Below the pieces are notes generated by a model. It worked only from the letters and a program-made list of their open reading frames with translations. It was not told the DNA's origin and made no database searches. A stretch of 64,000 bases of DNA. Origin: Flaccisagitta enflata. Taxonomy: Eukaryota. The position numbers and the translations under genes were made by a program. Shown piece after piece: positions 42,546-56,805 of this stretch (position 1 is its first letter; the number at the start of each line of letters is the position of its first letter). Where the stretch lies: NCBI GenBank assembly GCA_965153355.1, contig OZ231126.1, forward strand, positions 34,720,001 through 34,784,000, in the 5' to 3' direction.

Positions 42546-44189
42546 ATGTTTAGGAACGTGGAAGTAATTGATTTTCATACAGCTTCTGCCGCTACCGTTT
42601 TGCTATTCAAATATCAGGAGCTATCCTACCCACCAAAATGGCAGCGGTCAAGCGCTTCTACATCCTTACCCATGACCATCGGTAATTACACGAGGTTATT
42701 CACCAATTATACTCATATACTGCCAATAATCGCGTTGGTGAGCCGGTGCAGTGATACATGAGCCAATTTGGTCATTGGCAGTGATGCACAACCAGACCAT
42801 CAACAAACCAACCAACAGGTGGTTAAATTGCATGCAAAAGAAGAGAATTTGAAAAAAAAAATATTCATGACCTTATCCCCACTTTCCCTGCTATCAATAG
42901 CTCAGTACTTTTCCCCTAATTTGCATCAAATATGACAGGTTCACGCGAAATTAAGTTTAATTCTCTTACAATGACAGGAATTTTAAAAACCAGTATCATT
43001 CACAGAAATTAAAAAATATCACAGCAACAAATTTGAGATGTAACACAGTTTAAGAGTAAGAATTCACACAATATCTGGGCCCAAATTCTAGCCTTAAGGC
43101 CCAACTCCTAGCCTGAAAGGGCAGACCCCAGCCTTGAGGCCCAAACCTCATCCTCAAGGATCTGGGCCTCTTGGCTGGGATTTGGACCTCAAGGCCAACG
43201 GATTGCGTAGAAAATTCGGAAACCCGTTTTTTGTCACGTTTTGCTATTCCCTAATAGCATCAAAGACACTATAGTTACGATTTTTGCATATTACGACTTC
43301 GTTTCTGGTCGTTACGGTCTATCTAAAGCTATAAAAAGCTATAAAAAGCTATCAAAAGCTATTTACAACTATTTGAAGCTTTTTGAAGCTATTCAAAGCT
43401 AGTTAATGAACATAAACTGAAATATCTGTGTGTCTGTGTGTCTGTCTGCCTGTCTGTCTCACTGTATCTCTGTAGTTTTTTTTCTATGAGACCGTTTCAG
43501 CATTCATGTTACGTCGATGTTTTTGAATCTCATGTTAAGCATGTCGGAGAATGATTGATCATTTTCAAACTTTGGTCATTTTCTATCAGAACATTCTTGA
43601 TAAAAGGAATATATAAATGTTAATATATGATAATTTTAGAGAGTAAATAATTAAGGTATATGAAACTAGAATACAAATGTGAAACCTTAGATATTAAAGG
43701 TTAAAAAAAGAGAAAAAAGAAAAACTGTATATCAAAAATTAAAAGTGGAAATTTAAAAGTAAAAAAAGAAAAAAGAAAAAGTCAAAAATTTGAAAGGTAA
43801 AAAAAAGAATTAAAAACTAAAAGGTGAAAAATGAAAAATGAAAAATTAAGAATAAAAATGAAAAATGAAAAATGAAATATGAAATTGAAAAATGAAAAGT
43901 GAAAAATAAAAAATGAAAAATGAAAAATGAATAATGAAAAATGAGAACTGAAAGTGAAAAAAAATCATTATCAACAGTGAACATATTATATAATATTCTT
44001 TATATTTTTATTTTTTTTTCAAATGATCACAAAAAATCCATAATGTGTAAAAATGATGGACAAAAAAGTGACAGCAATGACAACAATAATAACGCCTCAA
44101 ATAACGCCATATAGACGCCAAAATGGCGTTACGTTGCCATGGAGAATACCGGAAATGGCGTTACTACAGAGGTCGTTATGCAATGGGCT

Positions 44190-46530
44190 GCTCAAGGCTA
44201 AGATTTGGGCCTCAAGGATGGGATCTGGCCCTCCAGGCTAGGATTTGAGCCTGAAGGCTAGGTTTTGGGCCTCGAGACTGGGATTTGGCCCTTGAGACTG
44301 GGATTTGGTCCTTGAGACAGGGATTTGGGTCTTGAGACTGGGATTCGAGGGGGGGGTATGTAGAAGAGGGAATAGTCGCAAAAGCGTTAGATGGTCAGCG
44401 GTACCCGTGCCCTGCCTAGGTAGGTTGTGGTTGAAGTTGAGGGGGAGCAGGGCAGCGGCCCCGAAGGGGTCGATGACCTATGCTTTCACACATATGGGGG
44501 ATTTTCTCCTCCTTCTTCTCCTCCTCCTCCGTCCCTCCCCCTCAGATCCCAGTCTTGAGGCCCAAATTCCAGTCTTGAGGCCCAAATCCCAGTCTTGAGG
44601 CCCAAATCCCAGCCTCAAGGCACAAATCCTAGCCTCAAGGCCCAAATTCTAGCCTGGAGGCTGAGATTTGGGCCTCAAGGCTGGAATCTGGGCCTCATGG
44701 CTAAGATTTTGACCTTGACGCTGAGATTTGGGCTTCAAGACTGAAATATGGGCCTCCAGGCTAGGATTTGGGCCTTGAGGCTAGGATTTGGGCCTTGAGG
44801 CTGCGATTTGGGCCTCAAGACTGGGATTTGGGCCTCGTGACTGGAATTTGGGCCTCGAGACTGGGATTTGAGGGGGGTGGACGGAGAAGAAGAAGGAGAA
44901 GAAGGAGAAAATCCCCCATATGTGTGAAAGCATAGGTCATCGACCCCTTTGGGGCCGTTGCCCAAAAGGAGGAGAAGGAGATAATTCCCCATATGTGTGA
45001 AAGCATAGGTTATTGACCCCTTCAAGGCCGCTGCCCAAAAAACACCAGAGAGACTGATGGATGGACAGATTGACCAAATAACATAACAAGCTGTTTAGTC
45101 GCTTGTCAAATCAGCCTTTCCACAAAGACCAAATTAAACAGATTCCTCTTATTGGAATGCTTTGGTAAAAAAGTAAAAAATAGCAGCCCAAAGGCAGTAA
45201 GTGGTCAGCGGTACCCGTGCCCTGCTTGAGTAGGAAGTGATGAAGGTTGAGAGGGAGCAGGGCAGCGGCCCCGAAGGGGACAAAGTCCTGTAGAACACAG
45301 GGGGAATCTGTCTGTCCGTCCATCCATTCGTCCGTCCATCCATCCTGTTTGCCTTCCTTCTGTCCAGGATGCCCTGTTATTCAAATTTTCATTGAATATC
45401 AAGGAGAACTGACAAAAGGCAGAATAAAGACAATGGTACCCTTGCCATTTTTGTATAATTTGTAGGTTAAGTTGAGGCAGGAGCAGGCCAGGATCTGGGT
45501 CTCTGAGGCCAGAATCTGGGTCTCAGAGACCAATTAATGGTCTCAGAGGCAAGGATTTTCAGTTTCTGAGGTCAGGATTTGGTCCTCTGAGGCTAGGATT
45601 TAGGTCTTTAAGGCCAGCACCTAGGTCATGGAGGTCAGAATCTGGGTTCCAAAGGTCAGGATCTGGGTCTCTAAGGCTTGGATGTGGGTTTTTGGAGCCA
45701 GAATCTAAGTTTAAGGGGCCAAGATGATAGAACTCAGGCCAGAATTCAGGTTTTCTAGCCAGATAAGGCCCATTTTACCTGGTCATAGGCCATTTTGCCT
45801 GGATTTGGCCAATTTTGGGCGGATTTGGACCATTTTGCTTGGATTTAGGCCATACAGTTTAGATTTGGGCCCCAAAGGAGACGAAGCTGAGGGTAGGGCA
45901 GGGAGGGGGGGGACAGACGGACATACAGACGTACAGATGGACGGACGGACGGACAGATTCCCCCTGTGTTCTACAGGACTTTGTCCCCTTCGGGGCCGCT
46001 GCCCAAAAAGAATGGCTAGTATCTCAGAGTCTGTCACTGTCAGAGTTCATTGGCCCATTTGTTGGGCCCTCTACTGCATCCCAGTTGGAAATAACGCAGT
46101 GTATGGGGGGAGTGTTTTGTGCATGTATGGGGGAAAAAAGGGACTTGTTTGCTCATGCCCACCCGTCCGCAACGATAATATATTCCCATTGAATAACATG
46201 GAAAATTTACAAAAAAGTAAAAAATTGCATGTTTCCCATCGAATACCATAGAAACTTAATGAAACTTGAGAAAAATATAAAATTCCCATTGAATAACATG
46301 GTAAATCGAGGAGAAATTGAAAAAAATGAAAAATTCCTATTGAATAACATGGAAACTTGCCACCAAAGCCCCAAACATGCCCTCTCAGGACGTATGGAAA
46401 TTCACCCCTGTGTCCTACAGGACATTGGCTTTTTGGGGCCGCTGCCCTGCTCTCACTCCAATTCTTCAGCTAATCACTCCAAGCAAGGCATCGGGTACCG
46501 CTGACCATGTGCGATCCTTGGATGACTTGT
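44190..46530. mobile_element. Cluster of family D copies and variants (20- and 21-bp arrays)
   Basis: Repeated GGGCAGCGGCCCCGAAGGGG ends and GAGGCCCAAATCCCAG units. Confidence 0.7.
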
Positions 46531-47295
46531 TAGCATTTGAGCAAACTTGATCATTATCATAACAAACCATCTCTCCTCAGTCAATGGGAGTTCTTCACTA
46601 TCGTGATGGGATACCAAAGGTTGGATATAAAATGGCAATCATACTGCATGATGATGTACGCAGCCTGTGTGTTGGCCATATGTGACCATATATTGGACAT
46701 CAATAGCCAGGATTGTGCCATTAAAGGCAATTACGCAACATTTGTTGTTAAAATTAGCAACTTTAGCACATTTGAAAGTTGGTAAATTCAGCAACATTAC
46801 CAACTTATAAAAAAGGGGTTTCAAATGGTTGTGAAATTAGCGACTTTAACACAAAAAAATTTCATCCCTGTTTTTCCATGTTTTGAGAAGAGGAGTATCC
46901 CAACTTTTTTTCCCCAAAAGGTCCTCGCCCTTGGGGCAACATTTGAGGAAAAAATGAAGAAATTTGAAGATGACGTATTTTGAGAAAAATGAGCAAAAAC
47001 ATTTTTTTCCTATGTTTTCTATGTTAAATGCCATTGGTGGAATTAGCAATGTCGCTGATTTCACAACACCTTGTGTTAATATCACTAACTCTGCATTCTC
47101 CCAGCTGTACGGAGGCCATTTATACACCCCTGCGGAGGCCTCTATGTCAAATATACTTTTCAGTCGCGATTCAAGAACACCCAATTAATTCTCATTAGAA
47201 TAACATTCCCTGAAAGATTCAGTGCCTTCAATGATTGGGAACAAAAAGCATATCAGATTTGAAGTTTTCGAAAATGGAGAAAACAAGGTAGAGTA

Positions 47296-48057
<762 letters not shown>

Positions 48058-49298
48058 CTCAAATCTGCCCTCCAAAGCTTTTCATCAGTTTTTTCAAGAC
48101 CAAAAATACTATCCGTTATTGCCTGAAATTAGCTGTTTTACATCGGGAACAACAGCCAACTCCTCTCTATAATCTTTTGGTTCCAGCCATGAAGATTCAG
48201 TAACACTTGTGTCCACTGATCCTGTAGCACTTTTTACTTCTGTTGAATATCATTAAAAATTAAATTATCATTTAGTATGCATTCCCCTGTGTCTCTCGTG
48301 TCTCTCCTATTCAATGCATAGTAATTATCCTAGGAATCAGGTCCTTTAATTGAAATAGGACAGACCTCATTTCACACCTCTCAAGCATGAGATTCCATGT
48401 TTTACTGGATTTTATGGCCTTTGTGAACCTTCAAAACCTCAAATCTGCTCTTTCAGGTACTAAGTGAGCCCTCTAGCCTCACCAAAATCAGCCTTCCGGT
48501 TTCTAACTGGGCTTCTCTGGCCTCTATCCTGCCCTCACTAGCCTGAACTGAGCTCTCAGGGGGGCCTAATATCAGCTATTGGAAGTCTCTCTAGCCTTTA
48601 GAAGCCTCATTTTAGTACACCCAGCCCAGCTTTTTGGGCAATGGCTCTGGGGTTGAAGTCCTGTAGAATCCCTGTGGAATTTTGTTCATGCTTCCATTGG
48701 TTCATTTGTCTGTTAGTTCGTTCATTTGTCTAATTGTTTGTTCAGATTTAAATCGAATTTTGCAGGAGTTGTTTAATTGATATCATTTACCTGTTTACCA
48801 AGTTTTAAAAAAATTAACAAACTTTTACTACCCTTTGCCTATGAAAGGCCTCTCAGGCTTCAAATCAGGTCCTACAGGATTTTCTTCCCCATAAAGCAAA
48901 AACAACAGTGTAGTTACGGTTTAAATAAAGATAAGTGACTCAATTATATACACCCCTGTCCTACTAAGTTGGGGTTCTTGAAAGGTCACACCTAGTACAC
49001 ACACACACAACACACACGAACACAAACACGAACACAAACACACACACGAACACACACACAAACACCCACACGGACACACACACGAACACACACACAAACA
49101 CACACACGAACACACACACACAAACACACACACAAACACACACACAAACACACACACAAACACACACACAAACACACACACAAACACACACACAAACACA
49201 CACACACACAAACACACACACGAACTTCACTTCAAGGCTTCATTTAAAACTAAGAACATTGTAGTTACTTGTTAATGTAAACGGTAAAAATTCCGTAC

Positions 49299-49377
49299 CT
49301 GTTATGGAGAGTTCGCGCTCACCATTTGATTTCTTTGAAACAAACTGACCGAGACCCATGTAAACGGTCAGCTGTTC
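49299..49377 (-). CDS. XPO6: Exportin-6 exon (EQLTVYMGLGQFVSKKSNGERELSIT)
   Basis: 79 nt; ttttcag| and CAG|gtacgg; matches DNLEVYLGLQQF; phase fits both neighbours. Confidence 0.9.
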
Positions 49378-49414
49378 CTGAAAACACAATAGCCCAAAAA
49401 TTGTTTTTCAACTA

Positions 49415-50777
49415 CAGACGGGACCCTAATAAAAGCGCAGTAGGGACCCTAAGTGTTACATCCCCCCCCCTACAGCTCATATGGTTCAATCAATTTTTCA
49501 AAAATGCAGTGGCGGTTGACACTTTAGGTGGATAGAAATGGCGCCACCGTGGCGATTTCTTAATTTCCACCCTGAACCCCTTCAAACCACCCCCAAAGCC
49601 TAAAAATTTGAATAATCTTTTTTCTCAAATTTTGATATCAATTAGCTTGTTGAGGGGGGTAAAAGATGGAAATTGAAAAATCGCCACGGTGCACTGTGGG
49701 CTGAATTGTGCGCTAGGTGGCTCATTGAGGATTCACATTAAATCTTTTCCAATACATTGTCCCTTATGAAATAAAAAGAGTGAAAAAAGTTTTTCTGCAC
49801 ATTTTAGGATGTTTTAAAACTATTCATACCCAATAGTGACTCATTTCTATTGGATTGAAAGCTTTTGAAGCTTAGAATACAAAAGAACAGAAATTTGAGA
49901 AAATCAAGTGAAAAATACTGCTAAACTCTCTTAGTTTTAGTATTTGAATTGTCTAAAGTTTTGACTAAATTAATAAAATTTTTGTCTTTGTTCGATAAGA
50001 TTCCTTAATAAGGTGCTCAAAAAAACATCTTTTTGCTCATTAAGCTCATTTTGCTCATTTTTGTTCCAATCAAATATAGATTTTTACTTTTATCCATATT
50101 ATTACTTGTCTATTGTAGGCCAAGAAAATCGTGATTAGCACGGCAAAGCACAGCAAAGCACGGCTTGAGCCATAGCATTCTGGATTCAGGACCTCATGAG
50201 CTGCATTTTGGCATAAGTCGCTCATTGTGCAGCCTTATGTGATTTTTTTAATTCTGAGGGTAATAAAGGCATGCAAATTAGGTCAAATATGTGGTAATAG
50301 TAGACTAATTCATTAGTGCTAAAAATGCAAAAAATAATGTTTTTTAAATTTTTTCTAGACATGTAAACATCATTGAAGGAATCCATTCCAATATTGAAGA
50401 TATCATGAGCTTTTTGTATACTTAACAGATAATTAAAAAAAAAATCATTGGTTTTTTCTTGAAATTTAGCATTTTTCATAGTAATGTCCACTTAAGTTGC
50501 TTTTTCCCACTAAATCGCCATAAAACCTGTCATATCGACTTGTTATATATGCTCAAATAATTCTATGACCATTCTACTCAGTTTGAGCCATATATCAGAA
50601 ATGAAAATTTTCCCCCAAATACCCAAGGAGCCATCTAGCGCAATCCACGGCGTCAATTGTATCCACCTAAGGAGTTAACCGCCACTGCAAATAAGGAAAT
50701 TAAATGAACCATGCAAGCTGTAGGGGGGGACATGTAACAATTGGGTCCCTCCTCCGCTCTTATTTTGGTCCCGTCTG
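49415..50777. mobile_element. Same MITE family with a ~950-bp nested insertion (~49692-50648)
   Basis: TA|CAGACGGGACC...GGTCCCGTCTG|TA. Confidence 0.85.
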
Positions 50778-50939
50778 TACTGAGAGATTAATTTCAGCAC
50801 AATTCAGCTCAATAATGGTTGTTGGTCATGACTAACGAGTCATGACTTCAACCATGAAAAGTTTTTTTCAGTCCACGGACGTTATGTAACAACTCGGGCG
50901 TAATTTATATACAACCCTGTAAACCACTTTCTATTGAAC

Positions 50940-51083
50940 CTGAAATGCGGGGTACACGATGCCAAAAACTTGTCCCGGAAGGAGCTCAGAGATCTTGGAA
51001 ACAATTTCGATGCTCTCTCGTAAGAATGACTGCCAATCGGAGACTTGGCCCACCTCGTAACTCTCATCATCCAGCACTTCAAG
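50940..51083 (-). CDS. XPO6: Exportin-6 exon (LEVLDDESYEVGQVSDWQSFLRESIEIVSKISELLPGQVFGIVYPAFQ)
   Basis: Hand-translated 144 nt, phase 0/0; cag| acceptor and CAG|gttcaa donor; matches LEELDDE...EWQRYLRQSLEVVAKVMELLP. Confidence 0.92.
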
Positions 51084-51365
51084 CTGCAGCGGAAATGACA
51101 ATGGCAGTCTTGGTAAGGCCTGCGCTCAGGTGTAACATTATGCAAAAGGTCATTCAATCAGCTCATTCTATTTTTTTGAGTGAAATTAAAGATTGTTAAA
51201 ATAGTATTCTTCAACTTTTTGAGGTCCTTTGATTAACATTTTCTTTTATTGATTCACGGTTAGGGGTGGGGTTAGCGTTTGGGCAAGGGTGGGCTAGGTT
51301 CTACATGTAAGTTGATGTAACAATCCAAATCAGTTCAAATTAAAGCTTTGCTCTGGCAGATGATA

Positions 51366-52496
51366 AAAAAAATTTGAACTAGCCCTTGTAGAAAAAAAAA
51401 AATTTCTCAAAAATTGTGAAAATGACCCATTTTTTAAGGTTGAATGAAAACTGTACCTGTTATCCGATCATCTTCATTTTTGGTGGAGTTGTTACTAATT
51501 ATCTACCCTAACTTCACCTCAAATTTGAGCTCACTGCAACTAATGGTTGCGGAGATATTGACGTTCGAAGTTACTTGTCAGAGCAAAATCAGCAAAATTT
51601 GTATTTTGGCCATTTTTGAGCTTGCATAAAATTTCATTTTTTCTTTCAGAGACCTCCATTTTAGCTAAAGTTACTCAAGTTTAAGCATATATTCATATTT
51701 CAAAATTTCACACTTGTCAGTCAAGCCGTTTTAGGAAAAAGATGGTCCAAAGTTAAAAACAAGGCCGGATACACGGCCATCAGTTGCGAATGGGTGGGCA
51801 GGGGCGGAAATACGCGTTTTTCCACTTTTCAACTTGAGTGTGACAGATCAACCGACCGACCGACCGACAGACGGACAAAGCCTTTTATAGGGTTGCGAGT
51901 CCGCAACAAAAAATGCCAATTTTTCAACCAAATCTTCAGGAAAAAAATAAGCAAACATTTTTCAAATAAATAGTCTTCAAAAGGGGGGTCAAAACAATTG
52001 GGAATTATCTAATTCATCCAGATCCAAAACCCTGAAAATAACTTTAAAAAAAAAATTTTGAAAAATTTTCTTTGTAGTTTTTGTTGCAAAATTAGGTTTT
52101 TTTAAAACTTTCGACCACCATATCCCTAAAACGGCTTGACTGACGAGTGTGAAATTTTGGAATATAAATATATGTTTAAACCTGAGTAACTTCATCTAAG
52201 ATAGAGGTCTCTGAAATAAAAAAGGAAAATTCATGCAAGCTCAAAAATCGCCAAAATACAAATTTTGCTGATTTTGCTCTGACAAACTTCAAACGTTAAT
52301 ATCTCCGCAACCGTTAGTCGCAGTGAGCTCAAATTTTAGGTGAAGTTAGGGTAGATAATAGGTAACAAGTCACCAAAAATAAAGATGATCAGATAACAGG
52401 AACAGTTTTTATTCAACTTTAAAAAATAGGTCATTTTCACAATTTTTGCGAGAAAAAATGTTTTTTTTCTACAAGGGCTAGTTCAAATCTTTTTTT
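51366..52496. mobile_element. Foldback element with ~400-bp arms; family C HINE in the left arm
   Basis: TTTGAACTAGCCCTTGTAG and inverse; arms align throughout. Confidence 0.8.
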
Positions 52497-53517
52497 AGAA
52501 ACTCTGAATTTGTAATTAGTTATGTCAAAAAATAACAATTGGCAGAATTTTTCATTTGAAAAAAAAATTTTGGGGGGTAAACCGTCCTACATCGCATTTT
52601 GTGAATATTTCAAAATTACATAACTGTGTCAAAATCTTTTTTGAAGGGCTGAAATTTTGCACACTTATTAGTGACTCCAAAAACTACTACCACACCAAAA
52701 ATCAGGAGATTTTTTGAAATCCTGAGGAGACATTTTACTTTTTGTGTTTTTGTTATAGTAATATCTTTTCCCAAGTTTCAAGGTGGAATTGATGGGAGTT
52801 TTTGACCATAACTTTTGAACGCGTTGATGGATTGAGATAATTCTTTCGGATTTGGAATATTGGGACAAAAATACGTAAAATGCTCAATTGACCTCGATGA
52901 GAATCTGCCGGCCTACCCACTTTCTCTCTTTCTTTCTTTCTAAAAGAAAAAAAGTGTAGGAAGCGTTGAAAAGGCGTAACGCGAATGCGTTAGCAACCAC
53001 AAATGGTGGATGCGATGCGTAACGCGATGCGCGAGCTGCTGGAAAACACGAACGCGAACGCTTTTGAAAATCCCGCGCATCCTGAGCCCTGGTTTCAAAA
53101 ATGTTACGGACCAACCTACGGACCAACACAGCAAGTTGTAGAGTTGTGTGCACGCAACCAAAAAACATCCTAAAATATCCTAACACTCTAAAAGTAACAA
53201 ACTAACAATCTGATCAAAAAAACTTTTGCAAATCGAGACACCCGAGGCCTTTGCCCTGCAATCTGCACAACCGTTTATTTCATTGCTCTTAATTTTAAAT
53301 GGGATCATTTACGATTCCTAGGCTCCATCCTCGCATCCAAGAATTATTTTGATCTTTGTATGCCTGGTTCACTTCATACTGTCTAGGAAATAAATTTACA
53401 GACACCTAACCATAATTATAGCAGCTGAATTGCAATAACCAATACTAAAATGAAAGCAGATCAATGAACCATGACAAAATATCTTGGATTAGTCTAGCAT
53501 GAAAGATATTTAAAAAA

Positions 53518-55611
53518 TCTAAAAAGAGTATGGGTCCGCGACTGGGGTCTATCGGCGTTGTCAAACGGCGTTGTCAAACGGCGTTGTCAAACGGCGTTGT
53601 CAAACGACGTTGTCTAATGACGTTGTCTAATGACGTTGTCTAACGGCGTTGTCTAACGGCGTTGTCTAACGGCGTTGTCTAACGGCGTTGTCTAACGGCG
53701 TTGTCTTACGGCGTTGTCTTACGGCGTTGTCTAACGGCGTTGTCTAACGGCGTTGTCTAACGGCGTTGTCTAACGGCGTTGTCTAACGGCGTTGTCTAAC
53801 GGCGTTGTCTAACGGCGTTGTCTCACGGCGTTGTCTCACGGCGTTGTCTCACGGCGTTGTCTAACGGCGTTGTCTAACGGCGTTGTCTCACGGCGTTGTC
53901 TCACGGCGTTGTCTCACGGCGTTGTCTCACGGCGTTGTCTCACGGCGTTGTCTCACGGCGTTGTCTCACGGCGTTGTCTCACGGCGTTGTCTCACGGCGT
54001 TGTCTCACGGCGTTGTCTCACGGCGTTGTCTCACGGCGTTGTCTCACGGCGTTGTCTCACGGCGTTGTCTTACGGCGTTGTCTTACGGCGTTGTCTTACG
54101 GCGTTGTCTTACGGCGTTGTCTTACGGCGTTGTCTTACGGCGTTGTCTAACGGCGTTGTCTTACGGCGTTGTCTTACGGCGTTGTCTTACGGCGTTGTCT
54201 TACGGCGTTGTCTTACGGCGTTGTCAAACGGCGTTGTCTTACGGCGTTGTCAAACGGCGTTGTCAAACGGCGTTGTCAAACGGCGTTGTCAAACGGCGTT
54301 GTCAAACGGCGTTGTCAAACGGCGTTGTCAAACGGCGTTGTCAAACGGCGTTGTCAAACGGCGTTGTCAAACGGCGTTGTCAAACGGCGTTGTCAAACGG
54401 CGTTGTCAAACGGCGTTGTCAAACGGCGTTGTCAAACGGCGTTGTCAAACGGCGTTGTCAAACGACGCTGTCAAACGACGCTGTCAAATGGCATTGTCAA
54501 ATGGCATTGTTAAATGGTATTGTCAAGCGCTGACAAAGTTTCAACCAAATCATTTAAAAAATACCAAAGCTTTGCCAATTTTTCACTTTTAGATAGTAGG
54601 CTGGTTAGGTGGTAGGCCAGTTTGGCCGTTTTGCATGCTAAAATCTTCATGGCTCACAAACATATGTTTAGTCCTTTTGTTTAGAGACTTTATACCAAGT
54701 TTCAACCGAATCAGTTGAAAAATGCCAAAGTTATGCATGTTTTTCACTTTTAGGCTGGTAGGCTGGTTGGGTGGTAGCCGGTTTGGCTGGTTAGCATGCT
54801 ATAATCTTTACAAATCAAATACATATGTTGAGTCCTTGCACTTAGAGACTACATACCAAGTTTCAACCAAATCTGTTGAAAAATGCACGTTTTTCACTTT
54901 TTGGCTTGTAGGCCAGTTGGGTGGTAGGTCGGTTTGGCCGGTTGGTATGCTAAAATCTTTACAATTCAAATACATATGTTGAGTCCTTCCATTTAGAGAC
55001 TACATACCAAGTTTCAACCAAATCGGTTGAAAAATGCCGAAGTTATGCACGTTTTTCACTTTTTGGCTGGTAGGCTGGTTGGGTGGTAGGCCGGTATGGC
55101 CGGTTAGCATGCTAAAATCTTTACAATTCAAATACATATGTTGAGTCCTTCCATTTCGAGACAACATACCAAGTTTTAACCAAATCCGTTGAAAAATGCC
55201 GAAATTATGCACGTTTTTCACATTTGGCTGGTAGGCTAGTTGGGTGGGTTTGGCTGGTTAGCATGCTGAAATCTTTACAATTCAATTACATACGTTGAGT
55301 CCTTCCATTTAGAGACTACATACCAAGTTTCAACCAAATTGGTTGAAAAATGCCAAAGTTATGCACGTTTTTCACTTTTAGGCTGGTAGGCTGGTTGGGC
55401 CGGTTGGGTGGGTCGGATCATAACATACGCATAGGATGCAAAGCGGCTTACCCTAGTACAACTTCCCTCCAAATATGAAGCAAATCGGTCAAGGCGTTCA
55501 AAAGTTAGCCCATTTTTAAAAGTGTGGACGACAACGACGACGACGACGACAACGACGACACCCACCCGCCTCGAATTATAGTCCGCGTCGGAATGCTATT
55601 CCGTCGCAGAC
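53518..55611 (-). mobile_element. Full-length HINE family B copy (13-bp satellite, 162-bp array, (GAC)n)
   Basis: Terminal hairpin GTCCGCGTCGGAAT-GCT-ATTCCGTCGCAGAC; subterminal GTCCGCGACTGGGG; A-runs on both sides. Confidence 0.85.
53553..54526. repeat. 13-bp satellite (CGGCGTTGTCAAA)n with variant blocks
   Basis: Directly visible. Confidence 0.98.
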
Positions 55612-55780
55612 AAAAATCTTCAAATCCAATTTGTCTGACAAAAGATGGAAACTCTTTTTGAGTCCGTCTTATCGACAAATTCATAGGTGCATCTTTTTTT
55701 AAAATCGTGCAGTGGACTCAAATTTGCAAGCAATAGCCCACTAAAAATTGCAAGTTGGACGATCATCATTCTCGCAATAC

Positions 55781-55956
55781 CTGTGATTGATTGTACTTGA
55801 ATTGCAGTTTCTTCAAAATCTCTGCTGATAACGACTCCAGCGCGGGTTGAAATCGGCTCAAAAAGTTAGCACGGTCCTCATCAGACATTTTGTTTTTCAA
55901 CTTCACATTGATGAACTCCAGTAGGACATTCCAAATTTCCAAACAAGCGTAGAATC
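55781..55956 (-). CDS. XPO6: Exportin-6 exon (RFYACLEIW...LQFKYNQSQ)
   Basis: ag|GA TTC completes CGA with the previous exon; donor CAG|gtattg; similar to XPO6 YFSCLDIW...QFRYNQAQ. Confidence 0.93.
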
Positions 55957-56279
55957 CTTCCAAATTCAAAAGATAATTGAAAGAAATGAACTACAAGAGG
56001 AAAGCTTGATGAAAGATATAAACCCCTCTAAAAATATAGCACCCCCCTTTTAGTAAAAGTTTTACTAGTCAAATCACAGCAATAAGTAGTTTGTAGTGGA
56101 TTATAAATTTGAATTTTAGAATATATGAAGGGCGCCACCAAGGCGATTTCACAATTTCTATTCCAGTCTCGAAAGTAGATGAATTATTAAAAGGAGCTTA
56201 ATTTGAATACAATTTTAAGCTAATGTTGTCTAGACTTGGAAATACAGGGGGATTCATCACAGGAAAACAGATAAACTTA

Positions 56280-56605
56280 CAGGGATGTATATAGTTCTAT
56301 GATCTTTGATTATTTTCCCCCCTTGCCTTTGAATTTCTTCCCCACAACGCGTCGCGTTACAAAATCTATGATTTTCCTCCCCATACAGCAATAAAACAGT
56401 GTTTTTAAAGTTTAAATAGTGTTAAATTGTGTTTTACTAATCAGTTTTTATGATTTGGTACTGCCAAAAAGTTTTATTTTCCCCCAAATTTTCTTTTTTT
56501 CTCTTTTTTCCTCCTTACATTTCTTTCCCCATCTCCGAACCCTTTGATTATTTTCCCCCCCCACGGGGAGGGGGGGGGGAAAGTGTAGAACAATATACAG
56601 GCCTG
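56280..56605. mobile_element. Same hAT-type MITE, TSD TAAACTTA
   Basis: Exact 8-bp duplication; body matches the 24621 copy. Confidence 0.88.
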
Positions 56606-56805
56606 TAAACTTAAAAAACTGATATTTAGAATATAAACTAATAAAAAGATGCTTTATTGCCAATAGGTGTTGGTTGCTAAGGAAACACTTCCATGTATTC
56701 AGGCTAAAGTATCAATATTTTGATAAATTTTTTGAGGGAACATTGTTAGAAATAAACTTTGCTACAACTTTCCCACAATATGTTCTGTAAAAATATCGCT
56801 CATTT

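Larger units (their letters stand above)
38832..47107. mobile_element. 8.3-kb TIR element with CAGCTGGG termini, ~285-bp near-identical TIRs and 5-bp TSD TACGG
   Basis: TACGG|CAGCTGGGAG...CTCCCAGCTG|TACGG. Confidence 0.85.

Noticed and set aside
53831-54592. Cys/Arg-rich repeat ORFs (also 61561-62801)
   Set aside because: Translations of the 13-bp satellite
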